A stretch of 60,372 bases of DNA, taken from positions 1 to 60,372 of the IMG/VR virus record IMGVR_UViG_3300048086_000023; one strand, 5' to 3'. Shown piece by piece: positions 34,114-42,939 of the stretch. The notes beneath the pieces are model-generated. The model had not been told where the DNA came from. It made no database searches and saw nothing but the letters and a program-made list of their open reading frames with translations. Position 1 is the first letter of the stretch, and the number at the start of each line of letters is the position of its first letter. The position numbers and the translations under genes are program-made. The DNA comes from a virus (Duplodnaviria > Caudoviricetes).

Positions 34114-35004
34114 TCAAAGGATCGTTATGGCAACGCTCGCCCGGGTCACGGTCGGAACGTTGATGCCGATCTCACCTGGCGGCGATTTCGCTTCATAGAC
34201 ACCAACCTCGCCGGACAGGACGGCGTTGTAGACCCGCGCGCCGGCCAGCATGGTGTCTTTGGTTTCCAGCGCATTAAGGGTTGCGGTCGTGGTGGGAGTC
34301 GGCCGGATCTGCGGCGGATGGGCGAGGAACTGTTGCAGCGCCGCCAGCAATGCGGGTTTGAAGCGAACCGGTTCCGACAAACCGGCGAACCACTCCATCA
34401 ATTTGGTAGTTGGGATAACCGTGGTATCGGCAGCATAGAATTGCTGCAGCGCCGCCCGTAAGGCCGGCGGAAAATGCACCGGTTCCGACAGACCTTCATA
34501 CCAGCCGAACGAGACCCGTGGCAGTGGATTAAGCGCGGTGAACTGATGCTCGCCCGGCGGCAATGCGCGAGGAAAGCGCGGCGGCTCACTTAACGCCTGG
34601 AACCATTCGATCAGTTTTGAGGTGGGGATGACCGTCGTATCGGCCGCGAAAAACTGTTGCAGCGGTGGCAGCAGGCCTGGCTTGGTCCGGACCGAGGGGA
34701 TTGACAGCTCTTCAAACCAGCCGAACGAGACAAACGGCAGTGGATTGAAAGCCAGGAATTGCTGCTCACCCGCCGGCAACGCCGGCCTAAACCGGACCGG
34801 CTCGCTTAGCGGTTCAGGCCAACTGAAGTTGACGAAAGGCAGCGGATTGAACGCCGTGAACTGCTGCTGACCTGCCCGCAATCCCGGGAGGAAGCGCGGC
34901 GGCTCGGAGAGCATTTCGTACCATTTGTCCGGCGTGATGTTTTCGGCGGTGCCAGCTCCGACCTCGCCGATGGCAAACTGGCCGGTGGCACCGTGGCCAA
35001 GCAT
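34114..35004 (-). CDS. Pro/Phe-rich repeat protein (six repeats of ~34-38 aa)
   Basis: Repeat W(F/Y)xxLSEPxRFxPALxAxxQQFxA. Confidence 0.8.
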   Translation of the reverse strand: MLGHGATGQFAIGEVGAGTAENITPDKWYEMLSEPPRFLPGLRAGQQQFTAFNPLPFVNFSWPEPLSEPVRFRPALPAGEQQFLAFNPLPFVSFGWFEELSIPSVRTKPGLLPPLQQFFAADTTVIPTSKLIEWFQALSEPPRFPRALPPGEHQFTALNPLPRVSFGWYEGLSEPVHFPPALRAALQQFYAADTTVIPTTKLMEWFAGLSEPVRFKPALLAALQQFLAHPPQIRPTPTTTATLNALETKDTMLAGARVYNAVLSGEVGVYEAKSPPGEIGINVPTVTRASVAITIL

Positions 35005-35020
35005 GTGTCACCAATTTGTT

Positions 35021-35293
35021 TTACGAGGATATAATGATCGATGTCGATTGAATGGTCGTTGAAGGCGCCGCCGCCGTCCAGCGATCGATGAAGACCTGGT
35101 ACGGCGACAGGTCAGTAAACCGGACATTCGGCCGCTGACTGTTGGTGAAGAAGTCATACACAAATTCGATCTCACCGAGAGTATCATGCCATTGGATGGC
35201 ATGGATCTGCGGGTCGATCCCGGTCATATCAATGGTTCGCACCAGCCCATCAACAAGAACCTTGCTACCGCAACTAACGATCGTCACGCGCAT
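35021..35293 (-). CDS. Tail-fibre-associated small protein
   Basis: IHAIQW....GEIE motif. Confidence 0.65.
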   Translation of the reverse strand: MRVTIVSCGSKVLVDGLVRTIDMTGIDPQIHAIQWHDTLGEIEFVYDFFTNSQRPNVRFTDLSPYQVFIDRWTAAAPSTTIQSTSIIISS

Positions 35294-35597
35294 GTTGGAT
35301 CACCTTTGCCGGATTGGCGGCGATAGCCATCGCCGCCGTTGTCTGCTCGAAAATCTCGACGATGCTGTTCCTTGCTTCTTCGGTCGCCGCCGCCGCTCCG
35401 CGCGTCTGCTGTGCGTTCTCAATGAGCAGCATCGGCAGGAAACCTACGGCGCAGCCCCAATTGTCAACATCGGCGCCAGTATTAACATTTTTGCCACGAA
35501 GCTGTAGCCACCATGGACACTTGTGGCAGACGGTTTCGACCGGTTTCTGCCATAGCGGACAGTCGAGACCAGGATCTGCATGCGGGATCTGCGCCAT
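35274..35597 (-). CDS. Cys-rich tail-associated protein
   Basis: CPL.....C..CPWW..LRG.N..TG..VD.WGCA...LP.LLIEN; start 35597 with GGAAGG SD. Confidence 0.7.
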   Translation of the reverse strand: MAQIPHADPGLDCPLWQKPVETVCHKCPWWLQLRGKNVNTGADVDNWGCAVGFLPMLLIENAQQTRGAAAATEEARNSIVEIFEQTTAAMAIAANPAKVIQHARDDR

Positions 35598-35598
35598 T

Positions 35599-36054
35599 TC
35601 AGGCCTTCCTTCCAACGAGAGAGTCGACATACTTGATCGACGTCGTGATGGTATGGCTATGCGCAGTATTGCTGCCATCGCTGCTGATGGTGTGGGTATG
35701 ATCTTGCTGTGCGGGGATGCCGAAGGGACCTGTTCCACCTTCAGTCGTCCCAGAATTGAGGTCGTATTTGTTGGTAATGCCGGTTGCGCCGCCATGGCTG
35801 TGCGCCGCCAACTCAGCCTCAGTCAGGGTGTGGCTACCTGTGACGGTTTGGCTGTTGAACGTGGCAACAAATCCGTTAGTACCGCCCGTGCTCAATGCCG
35901 CCGATCCGACGATACGAAGTAGCGCGTCATCATTCGTTGTTATTCTGGTCCAAAGTAGCGGCGCTGCGGCGCTAAGAAACAGCATCTGCGTGCCACGCGG
36001 CGCGAGGAGCTGGTCTTTATTGGGCCGAGCCCGCGATGCTGATAGCAGGAACAT
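35599..36054 (-). CDS. Short tail-fibre tip-like protein, paralog A
   Basis: HTLTEAELAAHSH, DHTHTI and AHSH motifs. Confidence 0.75.
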   Translation of the reverse strand: MFLLSASRARPNKDQLLAPRGTQMLFLSAAAPLLWTRITTNDDALLRIVGSAALSTGGTNGFVATFNSQTVTGSHTLTEAELAAHSHGGATGITNKYDLNSGTTEGGTGPFGIPAQQDHTHTISSDGSNTAHSHTITTSIKYVDSLVGRKA

Positions 36055-36509
36055 CAGCTTTTCCTGGCGACCAGAGAGTCAACGTACTTGATTGAGGTCG
36101 TGATGGTGTGACTGTGCGCGCTGTTGCTGCCGTCTGAAGCAATGGTGTGGCTATGGTTATCCTGTGTCGGCACGCCGAAGGGTCCTGCGGCACCCGCAGT
36201 CGTTCCAGAATTTAGATCGTATCTGTTGGCGGTTCCGGTCACGCCACCATGGCTGTGCGCTGCCAATTCGGCCTCGGTGATGGTGTGGTTACCCGTGACG
36301 GTCTGGGTATTAAATGTTGCGGCGAAGCCGTTTGAGCCACCTGTCCCCAAAGCAGCCGATCCGACAATGCGAAGCAAGACGTCATCGTTGGTCGTCACCC
36401 TGGTCCAAAACAGCGGCGCTGCCGTACTGAGAAACAGCATCTGCGTGCCACGCGGCGCATAGAGCTGCAACTTGTTTGGCCGCGCGCGCGATCCCGCCGA
36501 CAGGAACAT
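36054..36509 (-). CDS. Short tail-fibre tip-like protein, paralog B
   Basis: Co-linear and highly similar to 35599-36054; start 36509 by TAATG coupling. Confidence 0.75.
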   Translation of the reverse strand: MFLSAGSRARPNKLQLYAPRGTQMLFLSTAAPLFWTRVTTNDDVLLRIVGSAALGTGGSNGFAATFNTQTVTGNHTITEAELAAHSHGGVTGTANRYDLNSGTTAGAAGPFGVPTQDNHSHTIASDGSNSAHSHTITTSIKYVDSLVARKS

Positions 36510-36955
36510 TAGAAGTCCCCGACGCTCGGCACAATCAGGTTGATCACCACGCCGGTTGTCCACGTCGAGGACGTTGCCGGAGACTTCGCCTGCAGCAACC
36601 AGGCAGAGCTGGCGAGAAAGATGAACGGGTTGCCATCGCTATCGATGGTCAGCGCGGGCATATTCGTGGTATTGAACATGTTCACGGTGGGGATGGTGTC
36701 GCTTGATCCCGCGCCCACCGGAATGGAAACGGTGCCGTAGAGATAAAACGCGGTACCGCCAGATGAGACGCCCCACTGCACATCGTAGGCAGCAGTCGTG
36801 CCATTGCCGGTCGCGATGAAGCCCGGGATCTTCGAGCCATTGGTGCCGCCGGCATAAACCGTCACCGCGCTACTGGTTAATGTGCCGGTCGAGATCTGAA
36901 CCGCACCATTGTTTGGTGTCTTGACGAAGGTTGCATTGACGTTCTGAGCCATCAC
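36509..36955 (-). CDS. Ser/Thr-rich virion protein
   Basis: Beta-rich, coupled ORF ending in GDF. Confidence 0.7.
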   Translation of the reverse strand: MMAQNVNATFVKTPNNGAVQISTGTLTSSAVTVYAGGTNGSKIPGFIATGNGTTAAYDVQWGVSSGGTAFYLYGTVSIPVGAGSSDTIPTVNMFNTTNMPALTIDSDGNPFIFLASSAWLLQAKSPATSSTWTTGVVINLIVPSVGDF

Positions 36956-37296
36956 AGCCCTCCAAGGTTGGCATGCGCGGTCAGGGTGACGTGGACCAGG
37001 TCGGCTACCGAGGGATCAATGAATACCTGCGTGGCGTTGCTGGCGTTGATCGGGGTGTTGCTATTGGTCGAGATGAAAATGTTGCGGGTCAGCGTCGGCC
37101 CGGCTGCGCTATACAACCCCCAACCTTTCTCACTGCCGGAGGTGCCATCGATGGCAGCATAGGGGACTATCTCTTGGTCGATCACCCCGGCATTGGCAAA
37201 GGTGTTGAAGGGAGAAACAGCAGCGTTGAGCGTGAAGGTCCCCGTCCCCGAAGAGGAGATCGTCATCCGCGCCTGATTGGCGAATCCTCCAGCCAT
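36952..37296 (-). CDS. Virion protein (tail-fibre N-terminal-like)
   Basis: GTGTFTL..A...F.TF and E.G.G.Y......LTR. Confidence 0.7.
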   Translation of the reverse strand: MAGGFANQARMTISSSGTGTFTLNAAVSPFNTFANAGVIDQEIVPYAAIDGTSGSEKGWGLYSAAGPTLTRNIFISTNSNTPINASNATQVFIDPSVADLVHVTLTAHANLGGL

Positions 37297-37297
37297 G

Positions 37298-37600
37298 TCA
37301 TGCCCCGACGCAGTACAGGCGCAGCCGCGCGCGGGATTCCTGCGCTTCGATTTTCTTCATGAAAGGGATGCAGGGATGATCCGCGCAGCAATCGCAGATC
37401 CGGCCCATGCAGTTACGGCAAAAGAAATAATCGGTGTCTTTTGCCTGCACGGGCGCGTGCACCTGCTTATTGCAGTGAATGCAGCACCAGGTATCGGCCT
37501 CATGTCGATCGGACGTAACCATGAACGGCTTGCCGGGCTCGAACGCCGCCATGGTACCCGCGCCGCCGATGATGGTTGCTTGTCCGCCCGGCCGCAGCAT
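37298..37600 (-). CDS. Cys-rich Zn-finger protein
   Basis: CCIHC, CRNC...IC..C and C.PF. Confidence 0.7.
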   Translation of the reverse strand: MLRPGGQATIIGGAGTMAAFEPGKPFMVTSDRHEADTWCCIHCNKQVHAPVQAKDTDYFFCRNCMGRICDCCADHPCIPFMKKIEAQESRARLRLYCVGA

Positions 37601-38145
37601 TACTGCTCCGAAACCATGATGGTGCCGGTGGCGGTGCCGGTGTAACCGCCGGAGCGCGTGCGCAGCGTGAGCCCGTTATTGCCGGTCGCCGACGATGCGG
37701 CCGGATAGAGCAGTTCAGATCCTGGATTACAGACCCAGCGATAAGAGGCGCGCTGATTGATGCCGAGGTACCACTTCTCGGTGTTGGCGGTGATACCGAC
37801 CTCAGCGGTCGAGTTGATCTGCATCGCCGCAACAAAGGTGGTGTCCGCCGGGTCGGTGCCGAAGTTGGAAGAGAGACTGGAGACCATCAGCGTGGTGATC
37901 CCGGCCGGCGTGGTCGCCAGCGTGATCAGCGCGACGTCGAACTCCATATAGTTGTCGGCCGGCACGCCGTTGGTGCCGATCAGGATGTCATACAGCTTAC
38001 CGCGTCGGAAACCGCTCGACACAAATGTCGCGCTTGATGCCGTGGAGTTGCCGACGACGCACAGAGACTTGTAGGTGGTCGAGACGGCTTGCTGGACGTT
38101 GCCGCCGCCAATAGCCGTACTGTTCGCGAGCGTAAAGTTAGCCAT
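37600..38145 (-). CDS. Ser/Thr-rich virion protein
   Basis: Beta-rich with few charged residues; in the late operon. Confidence 0.7.
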   Translation of the reverse strand: MANFTLANSTAIGGGNVQQAVSTTYKSLCVVGNSTASSATFVSSGFRRGKLYDILIGTNGVPADNYMEFDVALITLATTPAGITTLMVSSLSSNFGTDPADTTFVAAMQINSTAEVGITANTEKWYLGINQRASYRWVCNPGSELLYPAASSATGNNGLTLRTRSGGYTGTATGTIMVSEQ

Positions 38146-39217
38146 CTTGGCTCTCCGGAGGTGGCGGTGCGGGAATTTCGGGTTGCGGAGGCGTGATCAT
38201 GCGCCGTCGATAGGGGCGCTTCGGCTTCACGGCGACCTCGGTCTGGATCACCGGGGACACCTGCAGTTCGTAGCCAAACACCAGGGGCGCCTCAGCCGGG
38301 GTATTCAGCCTTGTGATCTCCGCCTTGAGCTGCGCGTTTTCATACTGCAGTCGGCCGATGTCGTTAGAGACGCCGCCCCAGATCGATTCGAAGTAGTCGA
38401 GGTCTTCGACTGCGCCCTGCAGATAGGTAATCGAGTTGTTGAGGCGGTCGCGCTCCGCCGTCATGCCATTGACGCGGCCCTGCACCTCCTGGCGCCGCGC
38501 CATGATCTTGCGGCCGAACGGCGTGCTATCGATGTAGCCGTACAGCGCCGGGGCTTGCATGATGTCGGATTCGTGCGGCGCGGAGACCTTGATGCCACGC
38601 TTTTCGGCCAGATAACGGAAGAAGAAGAACCCGGGCCGCTGGCGAATGTATTCGTCGCGGCTCGCCATATCGATGCCGTAGAGCGCGATCTCGGTGGCGC
38701 CCTGCATCATGGCGAACGCCATCATCCAGGTGAAGCTTGAGGTGAAGAAGCTATCGCCGAACTCGGCGACAACCTCATTCTTGGGAAATATGGTGGCGCG
38801 CTCCACATAGGCCTTGTCCTGCATGTAGACCGGGAACGGCTGCACCTTGAGCCATTCGATGTAGGGCTTGCCGTAGCTCTCATGCTCCGGCCACAACAGG
38901 TTAGAATGCAGCTCAAACCAGGCATCGACGCGGGGCAGCGTGTTCATGTTGCCCGGCGAACAGCCCCAGATTTTCCAGGTCGCGTCATTGTATGGCGCCA
39001 GCATGCGCGAGGACGGCGCGGTGCCGATCAGCGCCACCTTGAGCGGCGCAGCAGCGGCCGGAGTTGGGTTATGAGCCGCCCCGGCCGCACCGACCTGCTG
39101 AGACAAGGAGGTGCGCTCTCCTTCACGGGTCGGCTCGTGAGCTGCGATGACGTGAACGGGACCACCGGCCCCATTGGCTTTTTGCTGTTCTGCAAACGTT
39201 GGCGTGATCAGGGTCAA
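38138..39217 (-). CDS. Putative glycosyltransferase, Maf/sialyltransferase-like fold, with C-terminal coiled coil
   Basis: KVALIGTAPS (like IVGNGPS), WKIWGC and FTSS...MM.FAM.QGATEIALYGIDM (like I.L.G.D). Confidence 0.6.
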   Translation of the reverse strand: MTLITPTFAEQQKANGAGGPVHVIAAHEPTREGERTSLSQQVGAAGAAHNPTPAAAAPLKVALIGTAPSSRMLAPYNDATWKIWGCSPGNMNTLPRVDAWFELHSNLLWPEHESYGKPYIEWLKVQPFPVYMQDKAYVERATIFPKNEVVAEFGDSFFTSSFTWMMAFAMMQGATEIALYGIDMASRDEYIRQRPGFFFFRYLAEKRGIKVSAPHESDIMQAPALYGYIDSTPFGRKIMARRQEVQGRVNGMTAERDRLNNSITYLQGAVEDLDYFESIWGGVSNDIGRLQYENAQLKAEITRLNTPAEAPLVFGYELQVSPVIQTEVAVKPKRPYRRRMITPPQPEIPAPPPPESQDG

Positions 39218-39219
39218 GG

Positions 39220-39606
39220 TCAGTTTCCTGTAATGGTTGCGGCGGTAAGGACCACGGTCTGGCCGGCGGTGATGGTGGCGGAAGGGCTAAGGAAGATGTC
39301 GCTCGTGGTGGATGATCCAACATTGACCAGCAGGCCGTGGATCACGACGGTTCCGGCGGAATCTTCGACACGCGCGGTCGCGGCAACGCCGCTGGCGGCG
39401 GCGGCAGGATCGATGATCGACAGCCCGTTGAAGGTCAGAACACCAAGAGCTGCGACGCCCATGGGCCGTGAGAGCTGGAACGAAGAAAGGGTATTGCCGC
39501 CAGCATCCAAGAGCCGCATGAAACCGTTGCTGGCGCCGGCATCAATGTTGTTGATGACCTGCTGCAGTCTCTCGGTCAGGACGGTGGTTGAATAGTCGAC
39601 CGGCAA
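39220..39606 (-). CDS. Virion structural protein
   Basis: A.ASG.AA.AR..DS.G......L.VG....DI.L....I.AGQ.V..TA.TIT. Confidence 0.7.
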   Translation of the reverse strand: MPVDYSTTVLTERLQQVINNIDAGASNGFMRLLDAGGNTLSSFQLSRPMGVAALGVLTFNGLSIIDPAAAASGVAATARVEDSAGTVVIHGLLVNVGSSTTSDIFLSPSATITAGQTVVLTAATITGN

Positions 39607-39645
39607 TTGCGCGCCCTCTCAACAAATGAGAAGGATTTCATATCA

Positions 39646-39891
39646 TCAAGGTGTGGGTGGTGTCACGGTCTTTGCAACCGCCGCATCCAGTTGCGCTTGT
39701 ACGGTGACCAATTGCGTGGTTAGCGCCGTCAATTGCGCTGTGTCATTCTGGCTGTTGCCGAGCGCGGTAATCGCCGCGTCGACCGAAGCCGTCAACTTGG
39801 TGATTTCGGCGGTCAGGTCGTCAAGGGCACTCATGAGTCTCTCCTGGTTCTTCAGAATGTGCTTCAGCTCTTGATGGGTGGACTCGAACAT
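39646..39891 (-). CDS. Small coiled-coil protein
   Basis: Heptad pattern MSALDDLTAEITKL. Confidence 0.65.
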   Translation of the reverse strand: MFESTHQELKHILKNQERLMSALDDLTAEITKLTASVDAAITALGNSQNDTAQLTALTTQLVTVQAQLDAAVAKTVTPPTP

Positions 39892-39895
39892 CCGG

Positions 39896-40573
39896 TCACC
39901 CAGCGATACCGGACTGCACCGTTGTGCAATTGACGGAACCGGGAGTGGTGCTTGAGCTGGTGAGAAGCAACCGCCACGCGGTAATAGGGGTAATCGACAG
40001 GTTGACGATGTCCCAGAGGTCCGAGGAAACGCTGGAAAACGTGCTCACGATAAATGGGATCGGAACCGCATTGAGCGAAGCCGGCAGACCGCCAGGGACT
40101 TGCGGCGAGGTCAGAAACGGATAATCCATCGTGATCTCGATAGATGCCACCATGCCGGCAGTGGTCGATGAGAAATGCAGTGCCGAGCCGATCGTACTAA
40201 GCATCAGATCCAGGTTGACGCTCTGCCAAGGTGTGCTGCCTTGGGTATTGGTGCCGAAGATGGCCTGGGTGTTGATCACCGAGGACGCTGACACCGAGGT
40301 AACGCTAAGGAAATCCGATAAGGTGGCAACCGGAACGTTGCTGGTCGGGCCGGTGATGCTTTCCGTGACGGTGCCTGTGCCCTGCCTGGTGCCGGTGATG
40401 GTGAAGGTGGCGGAGGCAAGCGTCCCGCTTGCAGAAGCGATGCTAACGCGCCGCTGGGTATCAAAACTTGACGTATTCAGCGTCGCGACGCCGGGCGATG
40501 CCGATGACAGCGTACCGATGCCGGTGCTCGATGCGGCGGCCAACGTTTTTGAAAGATAGGTTGGATTTCCCAT
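39896..40573 (-). CDS. Very Ser/Thr-rich virion protein
   Basis: Roughly one third S+T by eye; RRVSI.S......FTITGT......TESITGP. Confidence 0.75.
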   Translation of the reverse strand: MGNPTYLSKTLAAASSTGIGTLSSASPGVATLNTSSFDTQRRVSIASASGTLASATFTITGTRQGTGTVTESITGPTSNVPVATLSDFLSVTSVSASSVINTQAIFGTNTQGSTPWQSVNLDLMLSTIGSALHFSSTTAGMVASIEITMDYPFLTSPQVPGGLPASLNAVPIPFIVSTFSSVSSDLWDIVNLSITPITAWRLLLTSSSTTPGSVNCTTVQSGIAG

Positions 40574-40812
40574 TAGTGGTGCATGCCCTTCAGCGTCCGG
40601 GCCAGGCTCACCATCCGCTTCATCCGTGGATTATCGGATTTGGAGGCCTGTGCCATCTTCTTGGCCGGGATCTTTTCGCCTTCGGGCACATGCAAAGCCC
40701 GGTGCAGTGCACCGGGATGCTTGATGGCGCCTTTGATCCAATGCGTACCGCCTCCGGAAGCGTAGCCGCCTACTTCGCCTCCATGCTCCCGCGATACGCC
40801 GAGCTGAAAGGG
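40573..40812 (-). CDS. Start-less reading frame (THWIKGAIKHPGALHRALHVPEGEKIPAKK...LARTLKGMHH), probable -1 frameshift extension of 40770-41006
   Basis: Not in the ORF track. No ATG/GTG/TTG precedes the protein-like block; slippery C CCT TTC at 40812-40806; its TAA overlaps the next ATG (TAATG). Confidence 0.65.
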   Translation of the reverse strand, partial: PFQLGVSREHGGEVGGYASGGGTHWIKGAIKHPGALHRALHVPEGEKIPAKKMAQASKSDNPRMKRMVSLARTLKGMHH

Positions 40813-41006
40813 TGATGATCCGATCCGACGCCTCCACCGCGCGCCTTCTTGACGCGGTGCTTGCCCTTATGGCCGTCGACCTTGCCGTGATGGACGCCGC
40901 CGCCGTGCTTCTTCTCGTGCGCCTCTTCCATCACGTTGGAGCCCTTGGCATCGTACTCGACGCGGCCACCCTTCTTCATCTTCATGGTTGCCTTGGTGTG
41001 ACCCAT
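40770..41006 (-). CDS. Small His/Lys/Gly-rich virion-associated protein
   Basis: AAGGAG SD; KKGGRV and KARGGGV motifs. Confidence 0.75.
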   Translation of the reverse strand: MGHTKATMKMKKGGRVEYDAKGSNVMEEAHEKKHGGGVHHGKVDGHKGKHRVKKARGGGVGSDHHPFSSAYRGSMEAK

Positions 41007-41018
41007 GATTCGGCTCCT

Positions 41019-41993
41019 TTAAACCGAGGAAAATTGCGTCGCGCCAAACAGTGGCGTGACGTTGGACGAGGCAACCGCCGCAACGCCGGACGCGGCTGGC
41101 GTGATCACCATTTGCAGACGGATGGTGCCATTGGTGGCGGTGGAAGATGGATAGGTGCCGCGCACGTCCGCGCTGGTCGACACAGCGGTGCCGGTCGATG
41201 GGAACCCCAACGTAAGCGCGGCGGTCGATAGGATCGAGACCAGCGACGACGCTGCTGTCGTAAAAACCTGAGCGTTGTAGCCATTGTACGGCACATAAAG
41301 CGGCAGGCCAAAAACATCGCCGATGCCGATGATGACGCCGGTCGAAACCGGCGTGGTCGCATTGGTGATCGAGGAGACGTATTTGAACGCCTTCAGCCCC
41401 GCGAAGCTGGTATTGGAGCCGATCGAAATCGTCTCCGTCATCTTGAAGCCATACATATCGCGGCCGGCGACGGTGAGACTGCCCGCGTCGGTATTGCTCG
41501 AAAACTTGATGGTGATGTTACGGCCGGTGCCGGCGCCGGGGTTCCACGCCGCAATGGTGCCGTCCGAACCGAACGTCACATAGGCGGCGGTGCTATCGAT
41601 CGCCAGCAACGACTCGCTCGTCTTCCCGGTCTCCGGCGCAACGATCGTGGTCGTGATCAGCGCGTTACTGCTCTGAGACGACGGGATCGAATAGGTGGTG
41701 ACGCCGGTCGAGACGATCGAAGAAGCAACGAACGCGCTGCTATTGATCGCATGCGGCACAAAGTCGACCACAGCCTGGTTGTTGAAGAAAAAGAAGGTCT
41801 TGGCGGTAACGCCGGAACCAGGCTGATAGGCATAGGCCACACGCGGGTCCATGAACCCATCGCCAAGATCCGAGACCATCGGCCCGCGTTGATCGTTGTG
41901 CTCGACGTCCTGGCCCAGGATGCCGGTGCCGGCCGTCGAAGTCGCAACGGTACCGTACTGAACGATCGGACCAGAGTATGCAGTGATGGACAT
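41019..41993 (-). CDS. Ser/Thr-rich minor capsid / decoration protein
   Basis: Directly after the capsid gene; V.G.D.YG..M.E.I, GLKAFKY, G.GDVFGLP and DVRGTY. Confidence 0.75.
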   Translation of the reverse strand: MSITAYSGPIVQYGTVATSTAGTGILGQDVEHNDQRGPMVSDLGDGFMDPRVAYAYQPGSGVTAKTFFFFNNQAVVDFVPHAINSSAFVASSIVSTGVTTYSIPSSQSSNALITTTIVAPETGKTSESLLAIDSTAAYVTFGSDGTIAAWNPGAGTGRNITIKFSSNTDAGSLTVAGRDMYGFKMTETISIGSNTSFAGLKAFKYVSSITNATTPVSTGVIIGIGDVFGLPLYVPYNGYNAQVFTTAASSLVSILSTAALTLGFPSTGTAVSTSADVRGTYPSSTATNGTIRLQMVITPAASGVAAVASSNVTPLFGATQFSSV

Positions 41994-42009
41994 TAGATCT
42001 CCTCCGCCA

Positions 42010-42924
42010 TCACGAGGTCGGGAACGTGCCGTAGATGTGCCGCCAGTCGTAATAAGACGGCACGTAGCGCTGGTACCCTTTGACCAAAAGGTTGTCGGTC
42101 GAGAACTCGACGGACATGTCGGACTCGAAGGCCTTGCGGTTGAAGAAGACGAGGCCGGGGTGGTTGGTCAGCACGAACCACGCGAAGGACGACGTAAGAT
42201 AATCGTAGACCATGTAGCCGCCCTTGAAGGACTGCTCCATTTCTTTGATCGCGTTGATGTCGTTGTTGCCGGTGCCGACACGCAGCTCCGATCGGAACAG
42301 TCGCGCCGCGATCGGCTCCAGGTTCGCCGGGCAGATCAGCTTTTCACCGCGCGCGTGGATCTTCAGGCCGGCGTTGTTCTTCCACGTCGACCGAATGGCA
42401 ATCGCCGCGTTGAGCAGCGAAGTTTCGTTCAGGCTGACGTCCGGTGACGGCTCGTTGGCGATGTTGCCGGTGTCGGTCGGATGCGCGGTGCTAAAGAGCG
42501 CGACGCCGTCGCCTTGCACCGAGGTGTTGAACGTGGTGCCGTTGTTCAGGATGTTCGCGGCGTAAACCTCTTCGGTCTCCTTGAACGACTCCATCAGGCC
42601 ATCGTTGTTCGGGCCGAACTCCGCCTTATACAGATTGTCGTCAATGGCGGGGCGCGTGATCGCGTACATCAACGCGATCTCAAAGTGCTGCGCATTGTAG
42701 ATGTAGCGCTGGCCACTGTTGTTGTCGGTGGCGCTTGGCCCGCCCTCGTTCTTCAATTGCGCATAGCCGAGGAAGCGCATCGCAGCACGGCGCTCCAGCG
42801 CCATGTTGGAGTCGGTCTGCTTGAAGATCTGCGGCCACTGCCGTTCGATCATGGGATATCGGCCATCGATACCCCAAAGCCCCGGGAGGAGAAGATCCTT
42901 GATCTGCGAAAGTGCGACGGGCAT
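42010..42924 (-). CDS. Major capsid protein (HK97-fold, gpT-like)
   Basis: L.PGL, K.EG, IT...IDDNLY, A.NILNNG, DGVALFSTAHP and ERY-like QRY.....DWR..YG. Confidence 0.9.
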   Translation of the reverse strand: MPVALSQIKDLLLPGLWGIDGRYPMIERQWPQIFKQTDSNMALERRAAMRFLGYAQLKNEGGPSATDNNSGQRYIYNAQHFEIALMYAITRPAIDDNLYKAEFGPNNDGLMESFKETEEVYAANILNNGTTFNTSVQGDGVALFSTAHPTDTGNIANEPSPDVSLNETSLLNAAIAIRSTWKNNAGLKIHARGEKLICPANLEPIAARLFRSELRVGTGNNDINAIKEMEQSFKGGYMVYDYLTSSFAWFVLTNHPGLVFFNRKAFESDMSVEFSTDNLLVKGYQRYVPSYYDWRHIYGTFPTS

Positions 42925-42939
42925 TTACGTGTCCTCCCC

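Noticed and set aside
35599-36509. Diversity-generating retroelement template/variable repeat pair
   Set aside because: No reverse transcriptase in the window; both copies are full ORFs and the differences do not appear adenine-specific.
40631-40837. 68-aa minus-strand ORF from the track as the gene filling this gap
   Set aside because: Arg-rich and not coupled to neighbours; the alternative frame ending at 40573 is protein-like and coupled to the next ATG.
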